From contig NC_057720.1 in NCBI RefSeq assembly GCF_004010195.1, positions 6,922,031-6,986,030 on the forward strand: a DNA stretch of 64,000 bases. Reading direction: 5' to 3'. The DNA comes from Chiloscyllium plagiosum. Lineage: Eukaryota. The position numbers and the translations under genes were made by a program. Below are positions 11,470-25,129 of this stretch, one piece after another. Below the pieces are notes generated by a model. It was not told the DNA's origin, made no database searches, and saw only the letters and a list, made by a program, of their open reading frames with translations. The stretch's first letter is position 1. The number at the start of each line of letters is the position of its first letter.

Positions 11470-13490
11470 GTCAGAGAGGGAGTTCTAAGATTTTCACACA
11501 ATGATAATGAAGGACTGCGATATATTTCCAAGTCAGGTTGGTGTCTGACTGGGAGGGGAACTTGGTGATGTTCCCATTCACCTGTTGCCCTTGACTTGCT
11601 AGGTCACACGTTGGAAGTTTCTGTTAAAAGAGCCTTGGTGAATTTCTGCAGTGCCTCTTGTAGATGGTATACTACTGCTGCTACTGAGCATTGGTGATGG
11701 AGGGAGCAGATAATGAAGGTTAATGTTGAAGGTAGTAGATGTGCTGCCAATCAAGTGGGCTGCTTTATCCTGATTGGTTTCCAATGTCTTGAGTACAGTT
11801 AGTGGGGGATTCAGTGATGGTAATATCATTGAAAGTTACAGGGCTCTGGTTAGATTCCCCCTGTTGGGGTGGTCATTGTCTAGTACCTGTGTGGCATGGA
11901 TGTTATTTGCCATTTATCAGTCTTGTTCATGTCTTGGTTTTGCTTCATATGGACGCAGATGAATTCAGCAGCTAAATTCCTCACTATTGACATCCTGGGG
12001 ATTACCATTGACCAGAAACTGAACTGGACAAGCCATACAAATACAATAGCTACAAGTGCAGATCAGAGACTGCAAGTTCTGTAATGAGGAACTGATCTCC
12101 TGACTCATCAATGTACAAGGCACCAGTCAGGAGTGTGATGGAATACTCCCCACTTGCCTGGATGAGTGCAGCTCCAACAACACTCAAGAAGCTCGACACC
12201 ATCCAGGACAAAGCAGCCCGCTTAATTGACACCAAATCTATCACCTTCATTCTTCAATCTCTTCACAACTAACACTGTGGCAGCAGTGTGTTCCATCTAC
12301 AAAATGTGTGAAGCAACTTACCAAGGCTCCTTTGGCAGCACTTTCTAAACCCACAGCCACTCCCATAGAGAAGAACATCAGCAGCAGTGACATGAAAACA
12401 CCTCCACCTGTAAGTTCCCCTCCGAGCCGCTCACCATGCTGGCTTGGAAATTCGGTGCCATTCCTTTACTGTCAGGTTAAAGATCATAGACTCAAAAGAG
12501 AACAAAAGAGGCCCTTCGGCCCATCAAGTCTGTGCCACTAAAGTACTGCATTAATGTTGGAAATCCCTCCCATACTCCCTTTGAGTATCCCTCCTCCAAA
12601 GACTGCAGCAGATCATGAAGGCAGCTCCTTGACCTTTCGGACAATGAGTGATGGGTAATAAATGTTGGCCCAGCCAACACTGCGCCAATCCCATGAATCA
12701 AAAACATGGCAGCAATGAGGTAATGCTATTGAATGTCAAGGAGACATGGTTAGAATCTCTGATTTTGGAGGTATTCATTGACTGTCATTTATGTTGTGCA
12801 CACAAGACTTTCCACCTATCAGTTCAAAACTGAAGATTCTCTACTTGTCTACTTGCACAGGCTGTCCAGTTTCTAAAGACTTGTGAATGGCATTGAATTC
12901 CCTTTAATCACCAGTGAACATCCCCAATTCTGACCTTATGTCAAAGATCATTGGTAAAGATGGCTGGGCCTAGGAACTGAACAGAGGAACTCTTGCAGAG
13001 ATAGCCTGAGGCTAATATGATTGGCTTTCACAAACCACAACCATCTTCCTGTATGCTAGGGCATGATCCAACCAATGGGAAGTTCCACCATCGATTCTCT
13101 TTGATTCCGGTTTTGCAAGAGTTGCCCGATGCCACACTCAATCAAACATTGCGTCAATGTCAGGTGCTGTCACGCTCACCTTCTTTCCTTTAGCCAAGTC
13201 TAGTGTGGAATGGGGTAGCCCTGGTAAAATGAAAGTCAGTAAGCAGCTTATTGCGACGTAAACAGTTCTTGATAGCGCTGTACACAATGTCTTCATTCAG
13301 CTGCCCAATGATCGAGATGAGGTTGTGAACATCTGTATCGGATTTGTCCTGCTTTTTTGTGAACAGGATATTCCTGAGCAAATTTCCACATCAGTTTTAT
13401 AGCTGTACCGGAACAGCATGGCTAGCCAGTTCTGGAGCACAAGTCTGCGATGGAATACTGTAGTTGCCTCATGTGCGCCCAGTTCGTAAT
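11470..13490. mobile_element. Old CR1/L2-group LINE fragments, mostly minus strand, with a plus-strand piece at about 11985-12700
   Basis: DILGITIDQKLNWTSH and YKAPVRSVMEYSPLAW..AAPTTLKKLDTIQDKAARLI motifs; tail GGGTAATAAATGTTGGCC. Confidence 0.7.
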
Positions 13491-14369
13491 AAATCCATAA
13501 GGATGAACAGCACAGAAAAAGACCCTTTGGCCCACCTATCTGCACTGATTATTTTTCTGGGAGATTGACATTGCTGGTTAGGTTACCATTTGTTGCCAAT
13601 TTGCAATCCGTAGTTTTGTTCTGTTTTTCTGTAGCACTGGCAATTTCAGAAGGCAGTTTAGGGTTAACTGTGGATCCGTTCATGAACCAGATGAAGTAAG
13701 AATTGCATTTCATTTTCTCAAGCACCTTCGTGAGACAGTTGCATTTTAACACCAATCCAATAGTTACAGACCGCCCTTACTGATACTAGCTTTTCATTCT
13801 GGATTTATTTAATTAATTGAATTTAAAATTCCCCAGCTATCGTTGTGGAGATTTGAACTTGCATCTCCTGTTGGCTCATTACTAGGCTGCTTGATTTCAG
13901 TCAAGTAACAGCCAGTTATGCTACTGTAAGCACTTTGAAATTTTTACAACATTCATAGTTGAGATTTTTATAACAATTTGACAGCTTAGTGTCACAGATG
14001 TTTTAAAAGAAATTAAATCCAACAATGAATTCAGCAGAAACTTCTTTACCAGAGATTGACGTGAAAGTTGAAGTTGCTTCGATAATAAGCATATGGCATA
14101 AAGGAAGCCAGATAGGTACACAAGGGAGAAAGATGTGGAAGGGTATGTTCATAGTGCAGGATACAGTAGATAACATTGAAGGAGGCTTGTGTGAAGCAGA
14201 AACACTGGTGTCCAGCTCAAAGACTCGTTTCTGCACTACATTTTCCATGTAATTCAAATTTTCAAAGTTTCATGGTGGGTTATAATTGAGAATTCCTGCA
14301 TTGTTAATTCAGGCAATCACTAAGATACATAGTCGCATGGAGTCATAAAATCATATAGTACAGAAGAGG

Positions 14370-15222
14370 GTTCAATTCTGGTCACCACATCACAGGAAGG
14401 ATGTGGAGGCTTTGGAGAGGGTGCAGAAGAGGTTTACCAGGATGCTGCCTGAATTGGAAGGTGTGAGCTATAAGGGAGACATGAGAAAGATTCAGGTTGT
14501 TTAGCTCGGAGTGGCAGAGAATAAGGGGAGATTTAATAGAAGTCTATTAAATTATGAGATGCATTGATAGGATTGACAGTCAGAATCTTTTTCCCTGAAT
14601 TGAAATGTGTAATACCAGGTGCCATGCATTTTAGGTGAGAGGGGGAAAGTTCAAAGGGCATGTGAGAAGCAAGTTTTTTTACCCAGAGAGTGGTAGGAGT
14701 GTGGAATGTGCTGCCAGTGATGGTGGTGGAGGCAGATGCAATAGGGGCATTTGAGAGACATTTAGATAAGTTCATGAATATGCAAGTGTGGAGGGATACA
14801 GACCAAGGGCAGGAAGAAGAGATAAGTTTAATTTGGCATCATGTTTGGCACATTATGAGCTGTAAATTCCATTCCTGTGATGTACATGTTCTGTGTTCGA
14901 AGAGACCTTTGAGCCATTGAGTCTGTAACACCAAAAATATACCATGATCCACACTGCTCCCAATTTCTAGTATTAGACCCATGGCCTTGAATACTATACT
15001 ATTTCAAGTTGCTGATCCAAGTACTTGCTAAAGATTGTGAAGTTTCCTGTCCAACTATTCTCTCAGGTAGTACATTTGATATTCTAGCACCTGCTGGGTG
15101 AAAAATCCTCTCTAAACCTCCTGCCTTTCACTTTATAATTATGCTCTCCTATCATTGTTCCTTTGGATAACAGCTGCTCTCTCCCCACCCTGTCGATGCC
15201 CCTCATAATCTTATACACCTCT
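14370..15222. mobile_element. Two CR1 3' fragments tail-to-tail (+ 14370-14900; - 14900-15222)
   Basis: QFWSPH.RKDVEALERVQKRFTRMLP and VVGVWNVLP motifs. Confidence 0.8.
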
Positions 15223-15229
15223 TCAATGT

Positions 15230-15617
15230 TTGGGTGAAGATTTGTAGCTCGGGTGCTCGTTGTTGTGGTTCTGTTCGCCGAGCTGGAAATTTTTGTTGCA
15301 AACGTTTCGTCCCCTGTCTAGGTGACATCCTCAGTGCTTGGGAGCCTCCTGTGAAGCGCTTCTGTGGTGTTTCCTCCGGCATTTATAGTGGCCTGTCCCT
15401 GCCGCTTCCGGTTGTCAGTTTCAGCTGTCCGCTGTAGTGGCCGGTATATTGGGTCCAGGTCGATGTGTTTGTTGATGGAGTTTGTGGATGAGTGCCATGC
15501 TTCTAGGAATTCCCTGGATGTTCTTTGTTTGGCTTGCCCTATAATGGTAGTGTTGTCCCAGTCGAATTCATGTTGCTTGTCATCTGCGTGTGTGGCTACT
15601 AAGGATAGCTGGTCGTG
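15230..15617 (-). mobile_element. Penelope-like element 3' end (GIY-YIG C-terminus plus pseudo-LTR with hammerhead-like core), family D
   Basis: ORF 15318-15626 contains HEFDWDNTTIIGQAKQRTSREFLEAWHS..SINKHIDLDPIY; minus-strand core GCA-CTGAGGA-T-GTCACCT-AGAC-AGGGGAC-GAA-ACGT-T-TGC at 15298-15337. Confidence 0.9.
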
Positions 15618-15959
15618 AACTCTCAACGTTCTCCGTACCCTCTCATTTCAGATTATTACAAAGATATCCTGTTTTACAACGGACGACAGATTAAAAGATA
15701 AAAGTTGTTGAAGAAACAAAAACAGAAATTGCTGGAGAAACTCAGTGGGTCTGGCAGCATCAGTGAAGAGGAAACAGAGCTAATGTTTCAGGTCCAGTGA
15801 CCCTTTTTCAGAAATTCAGTTATTTCAGAATGGGGGTGAGACCTGAGGAGATTATTGCCATTTTCTATGAAAACATGAGGTCCCAGAGAGGTCATCCAAA
15901 GTCTTCAAAGCGACTGAAAACGATGAATAGACTGAGTCAACTATTGCCAGTCACATAAC

Positions 15960-18730
15960 AACAAACTAAAGGACAATAGAGCACAGGAACAGGCCCTATG
16001 GTCCACCAAGCCTTCATTGTTTCCCGATCCTTATTTAGACCCATTACTTATTACCCATGCGCAGTTTCTACCCTTCAGTTTGCCTGCATCAATCAAGGTA
16101 CACTTTAAAAGTTGCTAATGTTCCTGCTTCCGCCACTTCCATTGGCAGTGCGTTCCAGGCACCCACCACCCTCTGGGTGAAAAATATTCCCTGCTCTTCT
16201 CCCCGAAACCTTCCTCCTCTCACCTTGAACCTGTGCCCTTTTGTAATTAACTTTTCCACCCTGGGAAAAACCTCTGACTATCCACTCTATCTATGCCTCT
16301 CACAACTTTACAGACCTCTATCCAGTTGCCCCTCAGCCTCCATCTTTCCAGTGAAAACTCTCTGAGTTTATCCAACTTCTCATCATAACTAAAACCCTCC
16401 AGACCAGACAATATCCTGGTAAACCCTCTCTGCACCTTCTCCAAAACATCCGCATCCTTCTGGTAATGTGGTGACCAGAACTCCATGCAACATTCCAAGG
16501 GTAGCCTAACAAAAATTTTATACAGCTGTAATATAACTTGCCAACTTTTATACTTGACTCCCCAGTGGATGAAGGCAAGCATGCTGGATGCCTTCTTGAT
16601 CACCCTATCCACCTGTGTTGTCACTTTCAGGGATCTGTGGAAGTGTACGTCCAGATCCCTCTTTATGTCAATGCACCTAAGGGTTCTGCCTTTTATTGTA
16701 TAATTTGCACGAGAGTTTGATCTTCCAAAATGCATCACTTCCCATTTCACTGGATTAAACTCCATCTTCCATGTCTCTGACCAATCTGCAATCTATCTAT
16801 ATCCCGCTGTATCCTTAGAGAATCCTCCTCACTATCTGCAACACCAGCAATTTCAGTGTCATCCATAAACTTACTAATCAGAGCACCTACATTTTCCTCC
16901 AGATCATTTATATATAGTACAAACAACATAGATCCAGCACTGATCTCTGTGGAACACCACTAATTTCTGATCTCCATTCCAAAAAGCACCCTTCCACTGC
17001 TACTCTCTGTCTTCTATGTTTTGTATCCATCTACCCAACACACCCTGGATCTCACAAGACTCTACCTTTTGTATCAGCCTGCCATGAGGTACTTTATCAA
17101 ATGCGTTACCAAAGTCAATGTAGACAACATCAACTGCCCTTCCCTCATTCACTCATCACCTCCTCAAAACACTCAGTCTAGTTGGTGAGACATGACCTAA
17201 CCCATGCTGCCTATCACCAACAAGTCCATTTTCTTCCAAATGTGAATAAATCCACCTCTCAGTTTCCTCTCCAGCAGCTTACCTGGCACTGAAGTCAGGC
17301 TCACCGGCCCGTAATTTCCTGGATTATCTCTGTTTCTCTTCTTAAACAAAGGAACAACATTGGCCATCCTCCAGTTCTTGCCCACAGACAAAAAGGATGC
17401 AAAGCTATCTGTTAAGGCACCAGCTCTTTCTTTCTTCCCTTGTTTTCATCAGAATCTTGGGATCGAACCCTTCTGGCCCTGGGGAGTTGTCTGCCCTAAT
17501 GTTTTTCAAGACACCTTCATTATGTTAACCAGCCTGAGAGTATTTACACACCTTTCCCTAACCTCACTATCCTTCATGCCCCTCTCTTTGGTGAATATAA
17601 ATGTAAAGTACTCATTCAAAGCAAGGACTTTTCATGTCCCCCTTTTAGCCCTCCTAACTCTCCTTATGAGCTCCTTCTTATTTTCTTTATATTCCATAAC
17701 TATTTCATTTGTTTATAGCTACCTAGACCTTAGGTATGCCTCCTTTTTTTTGAAAAAGCTGAGAACTCCCCTTGTCATCCAACATTCCCAAACCATGCCC
17801 ATCCCTGTCCTGCATTTCCACAGAAACATACCAGCCCTGCATTCTAATCAGCTGGTCTCTCAAAACCTCACACTTGTCAGATATGGATTCAGCCTCAAAC
17901 AGCCACTCCCAATTCACATTCTCCAAGTTAACACCTTCATCCAAGCTCCACTCTCGCCCTTATCCATAAGTCTCCAAAAACATATGGAATTATGGTCACT
18001 ATTCCCAAAATGCTCCCCCACTGAAACATTAATCACCTGGATGGGTTCATTTCCCAATACTAGTCCGATATGGCCCCCTCCCTTGTTGGACTATCCACTT
18101 ACTGTTTCAAAAAACCCTCTGGAGCACACTGAACAAACTGTTCCCCTTCCAAACCCCAAGCACTAAGGGAGTCCTGGTGAATATGGGGAATGGGGGCAAG
18201 TTAACATCATCCACCACAACCACCCTGTTATTTTGACACCTTATCAGAGTCTGACTACATATCTCCTCCTCTATCTCCCGCTGACATCTGGGAGGCCTGC
18301 AGTACATTGTGATTGCACCCTTCCCGTTCCTGAGCTCTACCCATAATGCCTCGCTATAGGATCCCTCCATGGTGCCCACCCTCTGCACAGCTATGATCTG
18401 CTCCCTCATCAGTAGTGCAATTCCCCCTCCTCTTTTGCTTCCTCCCATGTCTCGTCTAAAACATCGATATCCTGGAATGTTCAGCTGCCAATCCTGTCGC
18501 TTTTTCAACCATATCTCTTTCAAACATCACAATTGCATGTATCAATCAGGCTCTAAGTTCATCTGTCTTACCAGTACAGTTTCTTGCATTGAAGCAAATA
18601 TAGTCCAAGCCTCCAGCTCCGCTGGGCTCAGCAACCTCTCCAAGACTGTTCCTCCTCTTCATTGCATTTGCCTTTGACTCAAGCCCTTCCTCAATCTCTA
18701 TTCTGACTGATCTGCTGCTCCGGTTCCCAG
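15960..18730 (-). mobile_element. Long decayed CR1 LINE (APE endonuclease plus RT, with internal deletions)
   Basis: WQLNIPGYRCFRRD...GGGIALL (endonuclease), WRMANVVPLFKK, SKFMDDT and MEFNPVKWEVMHFG (RT); stops and frameshifts. Confidence 0.95.
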
Positions 18731-19062
18731 CAATAACAGATCCAATTACAATGCAATAACAAATGCTACAACATTCTAGTCAGAAACACTGAGGGTTAAC
18801 CTTCCAGAGTCTTTTTGGCTTGGAATGATTTTATCAGTAGGATAGAAGTAAAGAAAATCATTAAGAGGCTGTAGGTGACTCCTGCGCCTGATGTATATGT
18901 TTGTTTGTATCGTTAGTACACGGAGAGCTTCCTTCACAATTAACTGTTCCTTGTATATCTACCAATCAAGAACCCACTGGCCTATCAATTAACACCCTGT
19001 TCTCATCTATCCATTATTGTTCCCTTTAAAATTTGGCATTCTTGTGACTCTGTCCTGATGGG

Positions 19063-19420
19063 CTTGACAGGGTAGAGGCAAAAACATTGTTTGCCTTGTG
19101 GGAAAGTCTCAAACCAGAGGGCATTGTCTCAGAATGAGATGTTACTCATTTGAGATGGAGATGATGCAGAATTTCTCCGGTCAGAGGGTATTGAATCTAT
19201 GGAATTCTTTACCGCAAAGGGCTGTCAAAACTGGGTTATTATGTGTACCCTAGGTGGAGACAGACAGATTTTTAATCAGTAAGGTGATCTAGGACTATGG
19301 GGAAAAGGCAGTGAAGTAGAGTTGAGGATTATCAGATCAGCCATAATGTTATTGAATGGCGGAGCAGACTTGATGGGCCGAATGGCCAACTTGTGCTTCA
19401 TCATCTCTCAATTATATGAG
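19063..19420 (+). mobile_element. Old CR1 3' fragment
   Basis: CR1 3' ORF/UTR similarity (CAGAGGGTATTGAATCTATGGAATTCTTTACCGC). Confidence 0.7.
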
Positions 19421-19529
19421 AACAAGGTGAAAGGTTTGAACAGTCTGTATTTTCATTCAGCAATGCTCAATAGATATTTTGTTCAGATAGCAGGTGGATA
19501 TTTAACAGATTACATGATTGATAGTATAG

Positions 19530-19808
19530 ATTAGATTAGATTCCCTACTGTGTGGAAACAGACCCTTCAGCGCAACAAGTCAATACCGACCCCCCCGAAG
19601 TGTAACGCACCCACCTCTGACTAATGCACCTAACACTATGGGCAATTTAGCATGGCCAATTCACTTGACCTGCACATCTTTGGATTGTGGGAGGAAACCG
19701 GAGCACCCGGAGGAAACCCACACAGACAGTTGCCCGAGGCTAGAATCGAACCTTAGACCCTGGTGCTGTGAGGAAGCAGTGCTAACCACTGAGCCACTGT
19801 GTCGCCCC
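19530..19808 (-). mobile_element. HE1-like V-SINE
   Basis: Head (GCAGTGCTAACCACTGAGCCAC), partial V-domain and TAGAT tail. Confidence 0.85.
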
Positions 19809-19920
19809 AATAGTGCAGGAAATGCATTGAATTTCAGAATAGGGGTCTGTGAGTCTAGGTTAGACAGACCAAATATCTTGCAAGATGAAAGCAGAAGTTA
19901 GCCAAAGTTTGATTAACCAG

Positions 19921-19966
19921 TGTGTGTGTGTGTGTGTGTGTGAGTGTGAGTGTGTGTGTGTGTGTT
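19921..19966. repeat. (TG)n microsatellite
   Basis: Direct observation. Confidence 0.95.
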
Positions 19967-21295
19967 GTGGAGTTGGATTGAAGATGGGCCTGGCTGTTTG
20001 TCATACTTATAAATGGACATATTTTATTACAGGCACTGATTATGCCCTGTCAAGTTCTCCTCTGTCACATTTTTGGGACTTTTGTGATTCTTTAATCTCC
20101 TGTCTCGAGAGCTTCAACGTCAGTCACTGAGAGAAAGAAGCATTCATATTTAATCAAGTACTGTCAATGTTATAATAAGACACTGAGAGCTGTCTGTATG
20201 CAAATCTGTCCCAGTCTGCCACAGTTTCCCAAAACCATGTTATGGAATTGAGAAATGCATGTAAAATGTTCTCCCTGCGTACATGGAGCCCACACCACTC
20301 ATTGTGAAATGGAAATAAGCAAGCACGCAGGGCCAATAAAAGGTACGTGACACCAGGATTTAACTACTCATACACCACACTAACAAACCACAAGTGCGAA
20401 AAAAAAGGCTACGGTAACATTTACAACTAAGAGAAATACACACACAGCAGCTTCCATTTGTATCATGTTAAAATATCCCAAGGCATTTTCCAAAACGGGT
20501 TATCGGAAAATGTTTGGCACCGAGCCATTCAACGGATTTAGGACAGGTGTAGGCAGGTCATATTTAAGGAGCTGATTGAAATGCCACAACAAAGATAGTA
20601 GGAACAGGAGGAGACCATTCAGCCCCTTGAGCCTGCTCTGCTATTCAGGAGGATCATGGCTGATTAACCAACTCAGTCCCCTATTCCTGATTCCTCCCCA
20701 TTTCCTTTGATCCATTTAGCACTAAGAACTATATCTAACTCTATCTTTTTTTAGATTAGATTACTTACAGTGTGGAAACAGGCCCTTCGGCCCGATTAAC
20801 CAACTCAGTCCCCTATTCCTGATTCCTCCCCATTTCCTTTGATCCATTTAGCACTAAGAACTATATCTAACATAATGTTTTGGTCTTGACTACTTTTTGT
20901 GGCAGAGATTTCCACAGACCCACCACTCTCTGGGTGAAGACCTGTCTCCCCATCTCAGCCCCATATCCTGAGATAGTGGCCCTTGGTCCTGGACTCCCTG
21001 GTCAATCGGAACATCCTTCCTGTGGTTACCCTGTCAAAAGGCTGCAGTGACCCATCTTCAGACTTTTCTTCACTGGACACAAAACATCATCTCTACTTCC
21101 TCTCCACAGACCTGCTACATTTTCCAACAATTTCTGATTTTGGTTCTGACTTCCAGCAGCCTCAGTTCTTCATTGCTTTTTACCCTGTTGAGTCTTGTAA
21201 GAATTTTATTAGTCTCTATGAGATTCCCCCCTTCCCAATTCTTCTAAACTTCAGGGAATATAATCCAAACTGATCCAGTTTTACTTCATGCATCA

Positions 21296-21503
21296 AATTC
21301 GAGAGTGCGGTGCTGGGAAAGCACAGCAGGTCAAGCAGCATCCGGGGAGCAGGAGAATCGACGTTTCGGGCATAAGCCCTTCATCAGGAGCCCTTATGCC
21401 CAAAATGTCGACTCTCCTGCTCCTCGGCTGCTGCCTGACCTGTTGTGCTTTTTCAGTACCGCACTCTCGAATCTGATCTCCAGCATCTGCAGTCCTCACT
21501 TTC
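21296..21503. mobile_element. Fold-back family A PLE-derived element
   Basis: 13-bp TSD ACTTCATGCATCA at 21283-21295 and 21504-21516; intact minus-strand hammerhead-like core at about 21357-21390. Confidence 0.9.
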
Positions 21504-21679
21504 ACTTCATGCATCAGTCCTGCCATCTCAGGAATCAGTCTGATAAACCGTTGTTGCACTCCCTCCATAGCCAGAACATTCTTCCTCAGATGAGGAAAAC
21601 TGAAATAACTCCACAGAGGATGGTATCCCATCACCAAGTCATCCTTTATTGACATGTGGAGAGTCATTGACACTAACTC

Positions 21680-24651
21680 ACAGCAAGAGAAACAAAGGTT
21701 GTTGAGGAAAGTTTGTCTACTGAGTCAGTATGGGTGAAAGTTAGGAACAGCAAGGGAACAGCCACCTCATTGGGGGTTTACACCAGACCATTTAATAGCA
21801 GTAGGGAGATCAAATAACTCATAGGCGGGCAGATTCTGGAAAAATGCAGAAGTAGCAGGATTGTTGTTATGGGTGATCTCAACTTTCCCAATATCGACTG
21901 GAACCTTCTAAGTGCAGGTGGTTTGCATGGAGCTGTTTTTGTCAGGTGTGTTCAGGAGGGTTTCCTTACTAAGTATGTAGACTGACGAGAGGAGAGGCCA
22001 TTTTGGATTTGGTGCTCGGCAATGAGCCAGGACAGGTGTCAGATCTCGCGGTGGGAGAGCACTTTGGTGAAAGTGATCACAACTGCCTCACAGTTAGCAT
22101 AGCCATGGAGAGGGGAAGCAGCAGTTATCGAGGGAAGATATTTAATTGGGGAAAAGGAAATTATGATGCTGTCAGACAGGAGTTGGGAAGTACAGACTGG
22201 GAGCAATTGTTCCACAGAAAGGGCACAGCAGACATGTGGAGACTGTTTAAGGAGCAGTTGCTGCGAGTGATGCATGAATTTGTTCCTCTGAGACAGGTAA
22301 GAAGGGGTAAGATTAAGGACCCTTGGATGACGAGAACCAGAGGAGCTTCTCGTCAAAACGAGGAAGGCAGCTTACATAAGGTGGAGGAAGCAAGGATCTA
22401 GCACAGCTTTAGAGGATTGCTAGAAAGGAGCTCAGAAATGGACTGAAGAGAGCCAGCAGGGGGCACGAAAAAGGCTTGGCAAGAAGGATTAGGGAGAACC
22501 CAAAGGCATTTTACTCATATGTGAGGAATAAGAGAATGATCAGGGAGAACGTAGGGCCGATCAGGGATAGCGGAGGGAACCTGTGCATGGAGTCTGAGCA
22601 GATTGGGGAAGCTCTAAATGAGTTTTTTGCTTCGGTTTTCACCAAGGAAAGGGAACTTGTTGTGAAGGAAAACTTTGAGGAGCTGATCAAAATTAATGAA
22701 GTTGATGTGCTGGAAATTTTGGAAAACATTAAGATTGATAAATCCAAAGGGCCAGACCAGATTTATCCTCGGCCACTCCGGGAAGCGAGAAAGGAGGTTG
22801 CTAAGTCGCTGGCGAGGATATTTGCCTCCTCACTCTCCACAGGAGTCACACCGGAGGATTGGAAGGAGGCAAATGTTGTTTTTCTTTTCAAGAAGGGTAA
22901 TAGGGAAATCGCCGGCAATTACAGACCAGTCAATTTTATGTCTGTGGTCAGCAAAGTTTTGGAAAGAATTCTGAGGGATAGTATTTATGACTTTTTAGCA
23001 AATTATAGTGTGATTAAAGGCAGTCAGCATGGCTTTGCGACAGCAGATCATGCCTCATAAACCTCATTGAGTTCTTTGAGGAGGTGACAAGACAGGTCAA
23101 TGAAGATCCAGCAGTGGATGTGGTAGATATGGACTTCAGCAAGGCATTTGATAAGGTTCCCCGTGGTAGGCTCATTCATAGAGTCAGGAATTATGGGATA
23201 CAGGGAAATTGGCAATATGGATTCAGAATTGGCTGGCTGACAGAAGACTGAGAGTGGTTGTAGATGGAAAGTATTCTGCCTGGAGGTCAGTGCTGAGTGG
23301 GGTCCCGCAGGGCTCTGTTCTTGGGCATCTGTTCTTTGTAGTTTTTATAAATGACTTGGATGAGAAGGTTGAGGGGTGAATTAGTAAATTTGCAGATGAC
23401 ACAAAGGTTGGAGGTGTTATCGATGGTATAGAGGGCTACTGCAGACTGCAGCGCGACATTGACAGGATGCAGAGCTGGGCTGAGAAATGGCAGATGGAGT
23501 TCAACCTGGATAAATGCGAAGTGATGCATTTTGGAAGGTCAAACTCAAATGCTGAATATATAGGATTAAAGACAGGATTATTTGCAATGTGAAGGAACAG
23601 AGGGATCTGGGTGTGCAAGTACATAGATCCCTCAAAGTTGCCACCCTACTTGCGGAACGTTTCAGAGAACACCTCTGGGATACCCGGACCAACCAACCCA
23701 ACCACCCTGTGGCTCAACACTTTAACTCCCCCTCCCACTCCACCAAGGACATGCAGGTCCTTGGACTCCTCTATCGCCAGACCATAGCAACACGACGGCT
23801 GGAGGAAGAGCGCCTCATCTTCCGCCTAGAAACCCTCCAACCACAAGGGATGAACTCAGATTTCTCCAGTTTCCTCATTTCCCGTCCCCCCACCTTGTCT
23901 CAGTCTCAACCCTCGAACTCAGCACCACCTTCCTAACCTGCAATCTTCTGCGCTTTTCCAGCAACACATTTTCAGCTCTGATCTCCAGCATCTGCAGTCC
24001 TCACTTTCACCCAAATGGATGAGCTTGTTAAGAAAGCATTTGGTGTTTTGGCTTTCATTAACAGGAGGATCGAGTTTAAGAGCCACGAGGTTTTGCTACA
24101 GCTCTACAAGTCCCTGGTGAGACCACACTTGGAAAATTGTGTCCAGTTCTGGTTGCCCTACTATAGGAAAGATACAGAGGCTTTGGAGAGGGTGCAAAGA
24201 AGGTTTACCAGGATGCTGCCTGGACTGGAGGTCTTGCCTTATGAAGGAAGGTTGAATAAGCTTGGACTTTTCTCTCTGGAGAGAAGGAGGAAGAGAGGAG
24301 ACCTGATCGAGATGTACAATATAATGAGAGGAATAGATAGAATCAATACTCAGAGACTTTTCCCCAAGGCAAGATTGACTGGTATGAGGAGTCATAGTTT
24401 GAAGATATTAGGAGGAAGGTATAAAGGAGGTGTCAGAGATAGAGTTGTGAATACATGGAATGCGTTGCCAGTTGTGGTGGTGGAAGCAGAGTCATTAGGG
24501 ACATTTAAGTGATGTCTGGGCATGCACATGGACAGCAGTGAGTTGAGGGGTGTGTAGGTTAAGTTATTATATTTTACATTAGGATTAAACCTCGGCACAA
24601 CATCGTGGGCCTAAGGGCCTGTTTCTGTGCTGTACTTTTCTATGTTCTATG
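21680..24651 (+). mobile_element. CR1 LINE, 5'-truncated within the endonuclease; most of ORF2 present but decayed
   Basis: LDLVLGNEPGQV, NPKAFYSYV, GNYRPVN, YMDFSKAFDKVP, SKFADDTK and LERVQRRFTRMLP motifs; (TTCTATG) tail. Confidence 0.95.
23647..24010 (+). mobile_element. PLE fragment (GIY-YIG C-terminus, Neptune-like) ending in the family A 3' terminus, inserted in CR1
   Basis: LAERFREHLWD...HPVAQHFNSPSHS...RRLEEERLIFRLETLQPQGMN followed by CTGATCTCCAGCATCTGCAGTCCTCACTTTC. Confidence 0.85.
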
Positions 24652-25129
24652 CCCCAGCTCCCTCAGAGCCAACTCTCAGTGTGAACAGAATGTCTGACAC
24701 TCCTGTTTATATCTGTCAGTCAGGGCTCCCTAATTAGACCGGTTTAACAGCCCTAATCAGGGATTTCATTTTCTATGAAGCCCACCTGGCTGACTTCGTT
24801 ACAATTACTACAGAAACCAAGCTGCACACTATAAACCAAGTGTGATTTCACCAATGCCCTGAACAATTGGAGCAAAACATCCCTGCTGCTCCACTCAATT
24901 CCTCTTGCTAGGAAGACCGACATACCAATTGCCTTCTTTACCACCTGATGTAGAGGGACGCGATGCAGCCATGTTTAAGGAGAGAATTGGAAAGTTCAGG
25001 ATGTAGGTGGCTGAAGGTATGCCTGCCACATTGGGAATGAAAATTGGGAAGTTCAAATCAGAATTAGAGGGACAACAAGATTTAATTAAGAGTCAACCAG
25101 ATTCATGGAGATCTAGAGTCACAGAGGGT

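Larger units (their letters stand above)
21601..24812 (-). mobile_element. Probable solo LTR of about 240 bp, split by a CR1 insertion (pieces 21601-21677 and 24652-24812)
   Basis: Minus strand starts TGTAGT and ends TTTCA; TATAAA (24706-24711) lies upstream of AATAAA (21645-21650); flanks AAAAC/GAAAC form an imperfect 5-bp TSD. Confidence 0.65.
20590..24946 (-). mobile_element. Old CR1 fragment (20590-21600 and 24813-24946), split by nested insertions
   Basis: KNVLAMEGVQQRFIRLIPEM before the nest; LLQLFRALVKSHLVYSVQ resumes after 24812. Confidence 0.75.

Noticed and set aside
17360..18166. 268-aa plus-strand ORF
   Set aside because: Antisense to CR1 ORF2; no recognisable domain
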